From an uncultured bacterium (GTDB lineage: Bacteria > Krumholzibacteriota > Krumholzibacteriia > LZORAL124-64-63), in contig CAVSZB010000003.1 of assembly GCA_963732385.1 (NCBI GenBank), forward strand, positions 288,985 through 352,984: DNA of 64,000 bases. Reading direction: 5' to 3'. The position numbers and the translations under genes are program-made. How positions within the stretch are numbered: position 1 is the first letter of the stretch; the number at the start of each line of letters is the position of its first letter. Shown in pieces: positions 38,911 to 47,967 of this stretch. The notes under the pieces are model-generated. The model saw only the letters and a list, made by a program, of their open reading frames with translations. It was not told the DNA's origin and ran no database searches.

Positions 38911-40659
38911 ATGACGCAAGAAGTCGCGGACAGGTCGCGGGGTTGGGGGCTGGAGAGATTTCTGGCTTCGCTTGTGTCATGTCATCGTGTCTGCATCACT
39001 GCCGCCGTTGTCACTATTCTGACAGGATTTCCCTGGCTCGCTACGGCCGCGTCCCTGCGGATCGATCGGGTCACGGTCACCGTCGATGGCATCTACACCG
39101 CGTCGGAAGTGGCGGGATCGCACGGTCTCGTACGGGTGGTGCGACGGAGCCTGAACGCTCTGCACGTCGACACCCGGGAGCGGATCATCCGGCGCGAACT
39201 GCTGTTCGCTCCCGGCGACACGCTTGACGCCGCGCGGCTGGCCGAGACGGAACGCAATCTGCGCGGCCTCGGCTATCTCGCCGAGGTCAGCGTGGCGGCG
39301 GGCGACACGGTGGCCGGCGGGGGGGTGGAGGTCCTCGTACGCGCGCGGGAAACCTGGTCGTTGCAGCCCCAGCTCGCCTATGCGCGCTCCTCGGACGGCG
39401 AACAGCGCTGGAGCGTCCTGCTGGAAGACGATAATTTCCTCGGCTATGGCACCCAGCTCTCCGCCGGCGTGGGGCGCGACGAGGACCGGCGCTCCTCCTC
39501 GCTGGGGTGGCGCAGTCGCCGCGTGTTCGGCAGCCGGTGGCGCGTCGGGCTGGCCGCGGCCCATCTCAGCGACGGCCACATCACGACGCTGGCGGTCGAG
39601 CAGCCGTTCTACGAGCTGGCGGATCCCTGGGCGCTGGAGGTGCGCGGGGTTGATCAGGCCCTGGCTCCGCGCTTCTACCTGAGCCACGCCGGGCCGGCGG
39701 GCGTCGATCCGGGCGCGACCGCCAGTCTCTGGGCGGCGATCCCGTACGCCGAGACGTGGCTGAGGCTGACGCTGCTGCGGCGGGTGGGTGGCGCCCGGGC
39801 GGGCCGGGTCTGGCGCGTGGGCGGGGGGATGCTGGCGGAGGACGTCGACTATGCGGTGACCGGCCCCGATCTGGCGCTCTCGGACGGACGCATCATCGAC
39901 AACGGATTCCTGTTCGAGGTCGGCACGCCGCTGCGGCTCGATGCCGAGCCGCGGCTGGGGCCGCTGGTGGTGGTGCAGAGCGTGGGGCGGCGCTGGACGA
40001 AGGGGCGTTACCTGCTCAAGTACGGCGCGGTGGAAGACGTCCCGCTCGACCCCGCTTTCCGGTTCCAGGCCGCCTGGGCCAGACGCCTGTTAGGGTCCGC
40101 GCGTGACGTGGCGCTGCTGGAGTGGACAGCCAGCGACTGGTCGCGCGTGGCGGGCGGCTTCCTCACCGTGCAGGCGGAGGGGAGCGCCACGCTCGGCGGC
40201 GCAGCGGCGACACGCACGGCCCGGGTCGACGCGGTCGCCGGCTGGTTCGGGCAGGGGCCGGCCGGATTGACCCGCATCAGCGCGGAGGCGGCCTGGGGAG
40301 ACCGGCTCTGCGGCCGGGAGGCGTTCATCCTCGGCCTGACACGCGGCCTGCGGACCCTCGCGTACGATGGCATGGCGGGCGACCGCCTCGTCCGTTGGAA
40401 TCTCGAGCAGGGGTGGCCGCTGCCGGATGAGCTGCTCGGGTTCTATCGCGTCGGTTTGGCGGCCTTCTACGCCGGCGGCGCCGCCTGGTGGCGCGGCGAG
40501 CCGCGCGGCCTCGGCGAGGCGCGCCACGAGGCGGGCGTTGGCCTGCGCCTTGGCGCCACCCGTGCCGCGCGCGCCGAAGTGGTGCGCCTTGACGCGGCGT
40601 GGTCCCTGGATGCCGGCGGCGGACCGGTTTTTACGGCCGTGACCGGCTGGTTATTCTGA
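38911..40659 (+). CDS. Outer-membrane protein with a POTRA-like domain and a beta-barrel (Omp85/TpsB/TamA-like).
   Basis: VRRELLFAPGDTLDAARLAETERNLRGLGYLAEVSV is POTRA-like. It is followed by a long region with alternating beta pattern. The exact start is uncertain (first ATG of the ORF used). Confidence 0.45.
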   Translation: MTQEVADRSRGWGLERFLASLVSCHRVCITAAVVTILTGFPWLATAASLRIDRVTVTVDGIYTASEVAGSHGLVRVVRRSLNALHVDTRERIIRRELLFAPGDTLDAARLAETERNLRGLGYLAEVSVAAGDTVAGGGVEVLVRARETWSLQPQLAYARSSDGEQRWSVLLEDDNFLGYGTQLSAGVGRDEDRRSSSLGWRSRRVFGSRWRVGLAAAHLSDGHITTLAVEQPFYELADPWALEVRGVDQALAPRFYLSHAGPAGVDPGATASLWAAIPYAETWLRLTLLRRVGGARAGRVWRVGGGMLAEDVDYAVTGPDLALSDGRIIDNGFLFEVGTPLRLDAEPRLGPLVVVQSVGRRWTKGRYLLKYGAVEDVPLDPAFRFQAAWARRLLGSARDVALLEWTASDWSRVAGGFLTVQAEGSATLGGAAATRTARVDAVAGWFGQGPAGLTRISAEAAWGDRLCGREAFILGLTRGLRTLAYDGMAGDRLVRWNLEQGWPLPDELLGFYRVGLAAFYAGGAAWWRGEPRGLGEARHEAGVGLRLGATRAARAEVVRLDAAWSLDAGGGPVFTAVTGWLF

Positions 40660-40733
40660 GTTAGCATCGCCGCGTCCACGCCGCCGGCCGCCTTCAGCGG
40701 ACGCCGGAGGGTCGTCTCCCGGCAGGAGCAACC

Positions 40734-42245
40734 GTGGCCTCCACCCGCACCGTCGCCAGGAACACCGTCTTCCTGACTGTCGGCCTGATGTCGGGCCGCC
40801 TGCTGTCGGTCTTTGTTTTCCGCAAGATGAGCGGGACGCTCGGCCCCGAGGGCGTGGGCGTGGCCAACCTCGCCATCGACGTCGCCTCCATCCTGCTGGT
40901 CGTCGCCAACTACGGACTCGGCAGCCTGATCACACGGGAAATCGCGCGCGAACGTCGGATGACGCTGCCGATCATGTGGTCGGCGCTGCAGATCCGCCTC
41001 GTGCTGGGTCTGGTCTGCTACGTACTGCTGCTTGGCTACGTCTGGGCCTCGGACTTCGGCGTGCTGCAGCGCGAGGCGCTGCTGATCATGGGCCTGGGCA
41101 TCCTGCTCGAGGCGACGGCCATGTCGTGTGACGGCGTCCTGCAGGCGCACGACATGGCGGAGAGCCAGATGTGGGGCCAGCTCGCCTCCGCCGTGGCTTA
41201 CTTCGCGCTGGCCATCTGGTGGCTCGACGCCGGCTTCGGCGTGATGGGGGTCATCTGGGCCAACGTGGCGAGCAAGGTGGTGCGGCTGGTCGTCATGGTG
41301 CCGCTGATGTTGTTGCGCACCGGTCCCTGGGAGCGGCGGCCGACGGGCTACGAAGGGGTGCCGGCGGCGCACTGGCGCAGTCTGGCGGCGCTGTCGTGGC
41401 CGGTTTTCCTGTCCACAACCTTTGGCATCCTCTACGTCAAAATCGACACGCCGCTCCTGCGCGCGTTCCGTGACAGCTCCGCGGTCGGCGTCTACACCCT
41501 GGGCCACCGGGGCCTGGACGTGCTGGCCATGGTGCCTGCCCAGTTCGCTACCGCGCTCTTCCCGGCGATGGTGCGGGCGGCCGCGGTCGGACGCCCCGAA
41601 TTCGAGCGGATCAGTGAGCGCTCTCTCCGGTTCCTGCACCTGATCGTGCTGCCGCTGACGCTGTTGTGCGCGCTGGCCGCGGCGCCGTTGACGATGTGGC
41701 TCGCCAAGGGCGAGAGCGCCTTCGGAGATTCGGTCATCGTCTTCCGCATCGTCGTCTGGGGGCTCCCGTTCATGGCGGCGATGACGGTACTCAATCGCAT
41801 GCTGTTCACGGCGGGTCGCGAGCGGGACTTCATCGCGATCGCGCTCGTGTCGCTGGGCGTCAATCTGGGGCTGAACGTGCTGCTGATTCCGCGCTTCGGC
41901 TACTTCGGCGCGAGCGTGGCGGTCGTGGCGAGCGTCGTGACGAGCACGGTAATGCACTGGTGGTTCGTGCGCCGAGCCGGGCTGCACCTGCCGATCATGC
42001 GCTCGTTGGTGCATGCGAGCGGGGCGCTGGGCGCCGCCTGGCTGACCGCCGCCGGTCTGGCGCAGTTGTGCGCGCCACGCTGGGGTACGACCTGGACCGC
42101 GTTGCCGGTCGCGGCCGGCTGGGGCCCCACGCTCGTGGTGATCAGCCTGACGACCCTGCTCTACCTGCCGGCGATGTGGTTCACGCGCGCGCTCACGCCG
42201 CAGGACCTGCCGGTGATCACCTCCATGTTCCGCCGCGGCGATTGA
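40734..42245 (+). CDS. MOP-superfamily flippase (Wzx/MurJ-like polysaccharide or lipid-linked oligosaccharide transporter).
   Basis: ~14 predicted TM helices. VARNTVFLTVGLMSGRLLSVFVFRKMS...LGSLITREIARER is typical of the polysaccharide-biosynthesis-protein family. Confidence 0.7.
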   Translation: MASTRTVARNTVFLTVGLMSGRLLSVFVFRKMSGTLGPEGVGVANLAIDVASILLVVANYGLGSLITREIARERRMTLPIMWSALQIRLVLGLVCYVLLLGYVWASDFGVLQREALLIMGLGILLEATAMSCDGVLQAHDMAESQMWGQLASAVAYFALAIWWLDAGFGVMGVIWANVASKVVRLVVMVPLMLLRTGPWERRPTGYEGVPAAHWRSLAALSWPVFLSTTFGILYVKIDTPLLRAFRDSSAVGVYTLGHRGLDVLAMVPAQFATALFPAMVRAAAVGRPEFERISERSLRFLHLIVLPLTLLCALAAAPLTMWLAKGESAFGDSVIVFRIVVWGLPFMAAMTVLNRMLFTAGRERDFIAIALVSLGVNLGLNVLLIPRFGYFGASVAVVASVVTSTVMHWWFVRRAGLHLPIMRSLVHASGALGAAWLTAAGLAQLCAPRWGTTWTALPVAAGWGPTLVVISLTTLLYLPAMWFTRALTPQDLPVITSMFRRGD

Positions 42246-42264
42246 GCGCGGCGAAGGGAGTGGA

Positions 42265-43113
42265 ATGGATCTCGGTCTGACCGGGCGCGCGATCGTCGTG
42301 ACCGGGGCTTCGAGCGGGATCGGCCTCGCCTGCGCCGAACTGCTCGCCGCGGAGGGGTGCAGCCTGGTGCTGCAGGGACGCGGCGGTATGGGCCGCCTCC
42401 AGGACTGGATCGACGCGCGCGGGCTCGCCTCGCGCGCGGTGGCTGTCGCGGCGGACGTGACGGACGAGGCGGCCGTGGAGGCGCTGTTCGCCGCCGGCGC
42501 GGCGCGCTTCGGCGCTCTGCACGGCTGCGTGGCGAGCGCGGGCATCTGGCCTGCCGAGGCGCGGGCGCTGATGGACGAGACGCCGGTGCGCATTCGCGAG
42601 GTGCTCGACGTGGATCTGCTCGGCGCGGTATGGACGACGCGCGCCTTCCAGCGGCAGGTCGCCGCGTGCAAGACGCGCGGATCGAGCCTGGTGCTGATCG
42701 GCTCGACGGCCGGCCGTTTCGGAGAGGCGGGGCACGCCGCCTACGCCGTGGCCAAGGCGGGCCTGCGCGGCCTGATGCTCTCCTGCAAGAACGAGATCGT
42801 GCGGATCGATCCCGACGGACGGGTCAATCTGGTCGAGCCGGGCTGGACGCTCAGCCCCATGACCGAGGAGGCGCTGCAGGACGACGCTGCCGTTACCGGT
42901 GTCGTTCGTACCATGGCGCTGCGGCGCATCGCCGCCGCTCGTGACATCGCTGCCGCGTGCGCCTTCCTGCTCTCGCCGCTGGCCGCGGCCCACGCCTCCG
43001 GCCAGACTCTGACGCTGGCCGGAGGGATGGAGGGGCGTCTGCTGTGGCGGCGCGACGAGATCGATCCGGAGGCCATCCGGGCGCGCCTGCGCGGGGAAGG
43101 TGACCGGTCTTGA
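42265..43113 (+). CDS. Short-chain dehydrogenase/reductase (SDR).
   Basis: RAIVVTGASSGIGLACAELLA (TGxxxGxG), with a YAVAK catalytic Tyr-x3-Lys. Confidence 0.85.
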   Translation: MDLGLTGRAIVVTGASSGIGLACAELLAAEGCSLVLQGRGGMGRLQDWIDARGLASRAVAVAADVTDEAAVEALFAAGAARFGALHGCVASAGIWPAEARALMDETPVRIREVLDVDLLGAVWTTRAFQRQVAACKTRGSSLVLIGSTAGRFGEAGHAAYAVAKAGLRGLMLSCKNEIVRIDPDGRVNLVEPGWTLSPMTEEALQDDAAVTGVVRTMALRRIAAARDIAAACAFLLSPLAAAHASGQTLTLAGGMEGRLLWRRDEIDPEAIRARLRGEGDRS

Positions 43114-43224
43114 ACGGTCCAGGCCGCCTCGCGATCGCGGGGGGGCTTCATCCACACAGCGGGAGGCCGCCGCGTCGCTGGGCGTGAATCGGTCGGTCGT
43201 CTGCGAGGCGCTGGCCTGGGCGCG

Positions 43225-44784
43225 TTACCGCGTGTTGCTCGCGGCGGAGGAGAGCGTGAGGCAGCTGTCCGGGGTGCTCGCCGAGGGGTGAGTGGTCGCG
43301 GCAGCGTTGGCGTCGGCGGAGCCGTCGGGGCCGCGCGGGGCGTCGTCAGCCACCTCGAGCGTCACTTCGAACCAGAAGGTAGAACCGCGTTCCGGTTCGC
43401 TCTCCGCTCCCATGGTGCCGCCCAGCCAGGCGACCAGCTGGTGGCTGATCGCCAGTCCGAGTCCCGCCCCGCCGTACGGGCGGCTCAGGGAGTTGTCGGC
43501 CTGGTTGAAGCGGTCGAACACCGTGGCCAGCCTGTCCGCCGGAATGCCGATGCCGGTGTCGGTCACGGCGAAATGGAAGCAGGCGCGCCGCGGGGCCACC
43601 GGTCGCGCGCGGACGGCCAGCGTGACGCCGCCGGTCGGGGTGAACTTCACCGCGTTGTCGAGCAGGCCGTTGAGGACCTGCGTGAGGCGGTCCGCGTCAA
43701 CCACGACCCGTTGCGGCGTCTCCGGGTCATAATCGACGACGAGCCTCAGGCCCCGCTCCCGACACGACGAAGTCTGGCGATCCGCCGCCGCGCGCACGAC
43801 CTGCGCGAGGTCGCAGGCGGCCGCCGCGCGCGGCAGCTGGCCCGACTCGATCCGCACGTACTCGAGGATCGCATCGATGATCTCGAGCAGGCAACGGGCC
43901 GAGTCGTCCACGGAGGTGACATACTCCCGCTGCTCGACATCGAGCATCGTCTGTTCGAGCAGCGAGGTCATGCCCATGACGCCGTTGAGCGGCGTGCGCA
44001 GTTCGTGGCTCATGTTGGCGAGGAACTGGCTCTTGGCCTGGCTGGCTGCGTCGGCCATCTTCCGGGCCACGGTCAGAGATGCTTCACGCTCTTCCACCCG
44101 CGCCAGCATGGCGTTGAAGGCGTCGACCAGCCTGCCGGTCTCGTCTCCGGTGACGCGAACCGCGCGGGTGGTGTAGTCCTGTGCGTTCGTGACGCGGCGC
44201 GCCGCTTCGGCCAGCCCCGAGATCGGCTCCGAGATCAGTCGCTGCAGCCGCGCGGCCAACAGGAACGCGCATGCGGCGGCCGCGGCCATCAGCGCCAGCA
44301 TCATGCCGATATGGGCGGCGATGCGCCGGCGCAGGTCGGCAAGGTTCGTGCGCAAAAAGACCGTGCCGACCCGCTCCCCGTCCAGCATCACCGGTCGGAA
44401 CATGATCAGCGAACCGTTCACGGAGCGCGCCAGGCCGCCCTCCCTGGGCGGCCGTGGCGCATCCCTGGGCACCTCGCCGCGGAAGTAGGCGGCGAACAGG
44501 TGTCCCCGGGAATCGTAAAGATAGGCGTCATCGAGATGCGGTGCGGCGCTCAGTCCGGCCAGGAGGCGCTCGGCATCCTTGACGTCGCCGAAGGCGAGGG
44601 CCGGGGCGCAGCTGGCGCCCATCAGCTCGGTGAGCATGGAGAGGTCGCGGTAGCGCGCCAGGCGGGTGTCGCGCGCGTCCTGCAGGGCCGCGCCAGCGCC
44701 GACGATCAACAGTCCGGCGACCGTGGTGACGGTGATGATGCACATCAGCTTGGTGCGGATCGGGAAGTCGCGGAAACGGATCAT
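43225..44784 (-). CDS. Membrane sensor histidine kinase (TM - sensor - HAMP-like - HisKA - HATPase_c).
   Basis: A GGGAGG RBS then MIRFRDFPIRTKLMCIITVTTVAGLLIVGA (TM)...ANMSHELRTPLNGVMGM (H-box)...DTGIGIP...GGAGLGLAIS (G-boxes). Its ATG overlaps the upstream DUF4154 stop (ATGA). There is no adjacent response regulator. Confidence 0.8.
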   Translation of the reverse strand: MIRFRDFPIRTKLMCIITVTTVAGLLIVGAGAALQDARDTRLARYRDLSMLTELMGASCAPALAFGDVKDAERLLAGLSAAPHLDDAYLYDSRGHLFAAYFRGEVPRDAPRPPREGGLARSVNGSLIMFRPVMLDGERVGTVFLRTNLADLRRRIAAHIGMMLALMAAAAACAFLLAARLQRLISEPISGLAEAARRVTNAQDYTTRAVRVTGDETGRLVDAFNAMLARVEEREASLTVARKMADAASQAKSQFLANMSHELRTPLNGVMGMTSLLEQTMLDVEQREYVTSVDDSARCLLEIIDAILEYVRIESGQLPRAAAACDLAQVVRAAADRQTSSCRERGLRLVVDYDPETPQRVVVDADRLTQVLNGLLDNAVKFTPTGGVTLAVRARPVAPRRACFHFAVTDTGIGIPADRLATVFDRFNQADNSLSRPYGGAGLGLAISHQLVAWLGGTMGAESEPERGSTFWFEVTLEVADDAPRGPDGSADANAAATTHPSASTPDSCLTLSSAASNTR

Positions 44785-45389
44785 CGCGATACCTCCCGGG
44801 GCTGAGCCAGCACTTCGTCGGCGAGCTGCAGCAGGGGGGCGCCGACCCGCAGACCGACGGCGCGCGCGGCGTCCGGGAGGATCCGGAAACGCAACCGGTT
44901 GTCGCGGGTCAGCAGTTCGATCATACCGCCGCAGTCGGTGAAGTTCCGGCCCTCGCCGACGGTCAGGACCGGATGTCCCCGGGTGCCCGCAAGCAGCGCG
45001 GTCAGTTGCGCCGCCGAGGCGTCGTGGCAGTAGAGCAGGTGGCAGTCCGAGGGGTCGTCGACGGGACCGAGCGGCACGATGCGCACGACATGCCCGCGCA
45101 CCAGCCGGCCCTGGAGCGCGACGAAGGCGGCAGGGACCTTGTCCGGCGTGAACACACCGAGGCGCAGACTCGCGGTGTCGGGCAGCGCCTCGCGAGGCCA
45201 TTCCACGAAGCGCGCGAAATTGAAGACGAAGGCGGCGCGGAGGTTCAGTTCACGGGCCGCGTCATTGCCGTCCGGATCCGGAGCCGGAGGCGGCAAGGCG
45301 CGGGCCGTTGCGGGCGCGAGCAGGCACCCGGCGAGCGCGATGGCTGCCAGCCGCACGGCCAGTGAGTGGATACAGACGCGGTCGCCCAC
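44781..45389 (-). CDS. DUF4154 (YfiR-like) periplasmic protein.
   Basis: Signal peptide, then ...LRAAFVFNFARFVEWP...CHLLYC... resembling YfiR/DUF4154. It is coupled to the kinase gene. Confidence 0.5.
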   Translation of the reverse strand: MGDRVCIHSLAVRLAAIALAGCLLAPATARALPPPAPDPDGNDAARELNLRAAFVFNFARFVEWPREALPDTASLRLGVFTPDKVPAAFVALQGRLVRGHVVRIVPLGPVDDPSDCHLLYCHDASAAQLTALLAGTRGHPVLTVGEGRNFTDCGGMIELLTRDNRLRFRILPDAARAVGLRVGAPLLQLADEVLAQPREVSR

Positions 45390-45571
45390 TGCGCTCCCTC
45401 GGCTCGGGGTGACGGAGTGGATATCGTCAAGAAGCCGGGGAGCTTGAGCGATTGAGGGGGTCGGAGTGGCGGGAGGATGTCGGCGCGCTTAGCATGCCCT
45501 CATCGGATAATGATTGCCGGCATCAATGCGTCGCCGGGCCGCGGCCCGGCGACGGAGGGAGGGCGATCCCC

Positions 45572-46324
45572 ATGTCGACGCGACGTGAATTCCTGGGTCG
45601 GACGCTCGCGACCGGAGGTCTTCTGGTACTGCCGGGATTGCTGCGCGCCGATCCCGCGCCGGCCCGCGTCTCCTCCGCCGGCGCCGCCCCGCCGGCCGGC
45701 GGCGGCGCGCCCGGTGAACATCAGTTGCCGCCGCTCCCCTACGCCTACGACGCGCTCGAACCGCACATCGATGCCCGGACCATGGCGCTCCACCACGACA
45801 AACATCACCTCGCCTACGTAAACGGCCTGAACGCCGCCGAGAAGGCGCTGGCCGAGGCGCGTGCCCAGGGCAGGTTCGACGACCTCGAGAAGCTGATGCG
45901 CCAGGTCGCCTTCCACGGCAGCGGCCACTACAACCACGTCGTGTTCTGGAACAACCTGCGCCCCGCCAGCCAGGCGAAGCCGCGCCCCGAGGGGGACCTG
46001 CTGCAGCGGATCGAACACGATTTCGGCAGCCTCGACGCCTGCAAGGCGCAACTGACTGCGGCCTCCGTGAAGGTGGAGGGGAACGGCTGGGGCGTGCTGG
46101 CCTGGCATCCCGGCTTCGGCACCCTGGTCACCCTCGCCTTCATGAACCACCAGAACTCCATGCAGAGCGCCACCCTGCCGCTCCTGGTCTGCGACGTCTG
46201 GGAGCACGCCTACTACCTGAAGTACGAAAACCGCCGCGCCGACTACGTGACCGCCTGGTGGAAAGTCGTCGACTGGGCCGACGTCGAGCGGCGCTTCGCG
46301 GCGGCGCGGGGACTGGTGATCTGA
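45572..46324 (+). CDS. sodA: Fe/Mn-type superoxide dismutase with an N-terminal twin-arginine (Tat) signal peptide.
   Basis: MSTRREFLGRTLATGGLLVLPGLL (Tat RR motif), then LPPLPYAYDALEPHIDARTMALHHDKHH...DVWEHAYYLKY with the metal ligands H, H, D, H. GGAGGGA RBS. Confidence 0.9.
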   Translation: MSTRREFLGRTLATGGLLVLPGLLRADPAPARVSSAGAAPPAGGGAPGEHQLPPLPYAYDALEPHIDARTMALHHDKHHLAYVNGLNAAEKALAEARAQGRFDDLEKLMRQVAFHGSGHYNHVVFWNNLRPASQAKPRPEGDLLQRIEHDFGSLDACKAQLTAASVKVEGNGWGVLAWHPGFGTLVTLAFMNHQNSMQSATLPLLVCDVWEHAYYLKYENRRADYVTAWWKVVDWADVERRFAAARGLVI

Positions 46325-46535
46325 ACGGGCGGTGGGCCGGCGCTCCGGCAGGAAGTCGAAGCACACCAGCGCGACTGCGCGCAATGTCGCGACCTGATCG
46401 GGCTGCTCGCCTCGACGATGAATCAATGCCCGGCAATGCGAGGGGTTTTCAAGCCTGCCGGTCCACGCTAAGGTCTCCTCGCCGGCCGCGTGGCGAGCTC
46501 CCGCGCCTGCAGCGTCGCCGGCGAGGAGGTTCCGC

Positions 46536-47939
46536 ATGCACTATCCGTGGTGGCACATCCCGTTTCTCACCTCGCCGATGCTGATCGCGCTCATCTCCAC
46601 GGTACACATCTATGTGTCGATGTATGCCGTGGGGGGCGGGCTGTTCCTGGCCGCCGAGACGCGGCACGCCCACGCCACGGGCAACCGTGCCTACCTCGAC
46701 TACCTGCACGATCATGCGCGGTTCTTCATTCTGCTGACGGTGGTGTTCGGGGCGATCACCGGGGTGGGGATCTGGTGGACGATCGGGTTGGCGTCGCCGC
46801 TGGCGACCGAGACGCTGATCCACGCTTTCGTCTTCGGGTGGGCGATCGAGTATGTGTTCTTCGTGATCGAACTCGTGGCGGCGTTCGTTTTCTATTACTA
46901 CTGGGACCGGCTCGAGCCGCGAACGCACGTGCGGATCGGTATCATCTATGCGGCGGCGGCCTGGATCAGCCTGGTCCTGATCACCGGCATCACCGCGTTC
47001 ATGCTGAACCCCGGGCGCTGGCCGCAGACCCACGACTTCTGGGACGGCTTCCTGAACCCGCAGTTCCTGCCGCAGACCGTTTCGCGCACCGGCGGCGCGC
47101 TGCTCATGGCGAGTCTGTACGTCTTCCTGCACGCCGCGTTCCGCGCCAGGGATCCGCAGCTGCTGACGCTGATCGGGCGGCGGTCGGCGCGGCCGGGGCT
47201 GCTGGGCGCCGGCCTGGTGACGCTCGGCGGGTTGTGGTGGTACGCGGCGCTGCCGGCGTCGGCGCGGGCGGCGCTGGTGGCCGCGGCGCCGCTGAACATC
47301 CTGGTGCTGCTGCTGTTTGCGGTGACCATCGTCGTGTTCGTCATGCTCTACGTCGGTCCGTACCGCAAACCGGGATGGGTCTCGCCCGGCTTCGCAGTTC
47401 TGCTGTTCACGTTCGGGCTGGCGGCGATCGGCGCCGGCGAGTTCGTGCGCGAGGCGGTGCGCAAGCCGTACATCTGTTACGACGTGGTGCTGAGCAACCA
47501 GATCCTCAGGGAGGAGCTGCCATCGCTGCGGCGGCACGGCTACCTCGAGGGGGGCACCTGGACGCGGGCCTGGGTGGCGCGGCAGTGGCCGAGCGCGGTC
47601 ACTCCGGACGGACGGGTGATCGAGGACTCGCTGCTCGCGCTGCCGGCGGTGGAAAGGTTGAAGGTGGGCGAGGTCCTGTTCCAGTACCACTGCAACGATT
47701 GCCATGCCGCGCGCGCCGGCCTGAGCGCCGTGGCCCAGCTCACGCGTGGCTGGACCGACGAGATGCTGCACGAGGTCGTGCAGCATCCGGAACGGTCGCA
47801 CTTCTTCATGCCGCCCTGGGCCGGCACGCCGCAGGAGGCGCGTCTGCTGCAGGGCTACCTCGGGTCGATCGCCCTGCCGTTCCCGGAGGGGCTGTCGCTT
47901 GGCGGCGCCGGCGGCAGCGCGGGCGGGGCCGGGCGCTGA
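46536..47939 (+). CDS. Cytochrome bd oxidase subunit I (CydA)-like membrane protein with a C-terminal fused c-type cytochrome motif (CNDCH).
   Basis: VHIYVSMYAVGGGLFLAAE and WAIEYVFFVIELVAAFVFYYYWDRL align with the CydA helix I His and the [24 protein letters not shown] region. One CXXCH (CNDCH) sits in the C-terminal soluble domain. Confidence 0.55.
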   Translation: MHYPWWHIPFLTSPMLIALISTVHIYVSMYAVGGGLFLAAETRHAHATGNRAYLDYLHDHARFFILLTVVFGAITGVGIWWTIGLASPLATETLIHAFVFGWAIEYVFFVIELVAAFVFYYYWDRLEPRTHVRIGIIYAAAAWISLVLITGITAFMLNPGRWPQTHDFWDGFLNPQFLPQTVSRTGGALLMASLYVFLHAAFRARDPQLLTLIGRRSARPGLLGAGLVTLGGLWWYAALPASARAALVAAAPLNILVLLLFAVTIVVFVMLYVGPYRKPGWVSPGFAVLLFTFGLAAIGAGEFVREAVRKPYICYDVVLSNQILREELPSLRRHGYLEGGTWTRAWVARQWPSAVTPDGRVIEDSLLALPAVERLKVGEVLFQYHCNDCHAARAGLSAVAQLTRGWTDEMLHEVVQHPERSHFFMPPWAGTPQEARLLQGYLGSIALPFPEGLSLGGAGGSAGGAGR

Positions 47940-47967
47940 GTTTGCGAGTCGCGAGGAGGACGCACGG

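Noticed and set aside
40467-42671. 734-aa minus-strand ORF over the MOP flippase gene.
   Set aside because: It is antisense to a 14-TM flippase with a typical hydropathy profile, and its translation is Arg/His/Gly-rich low complexity.
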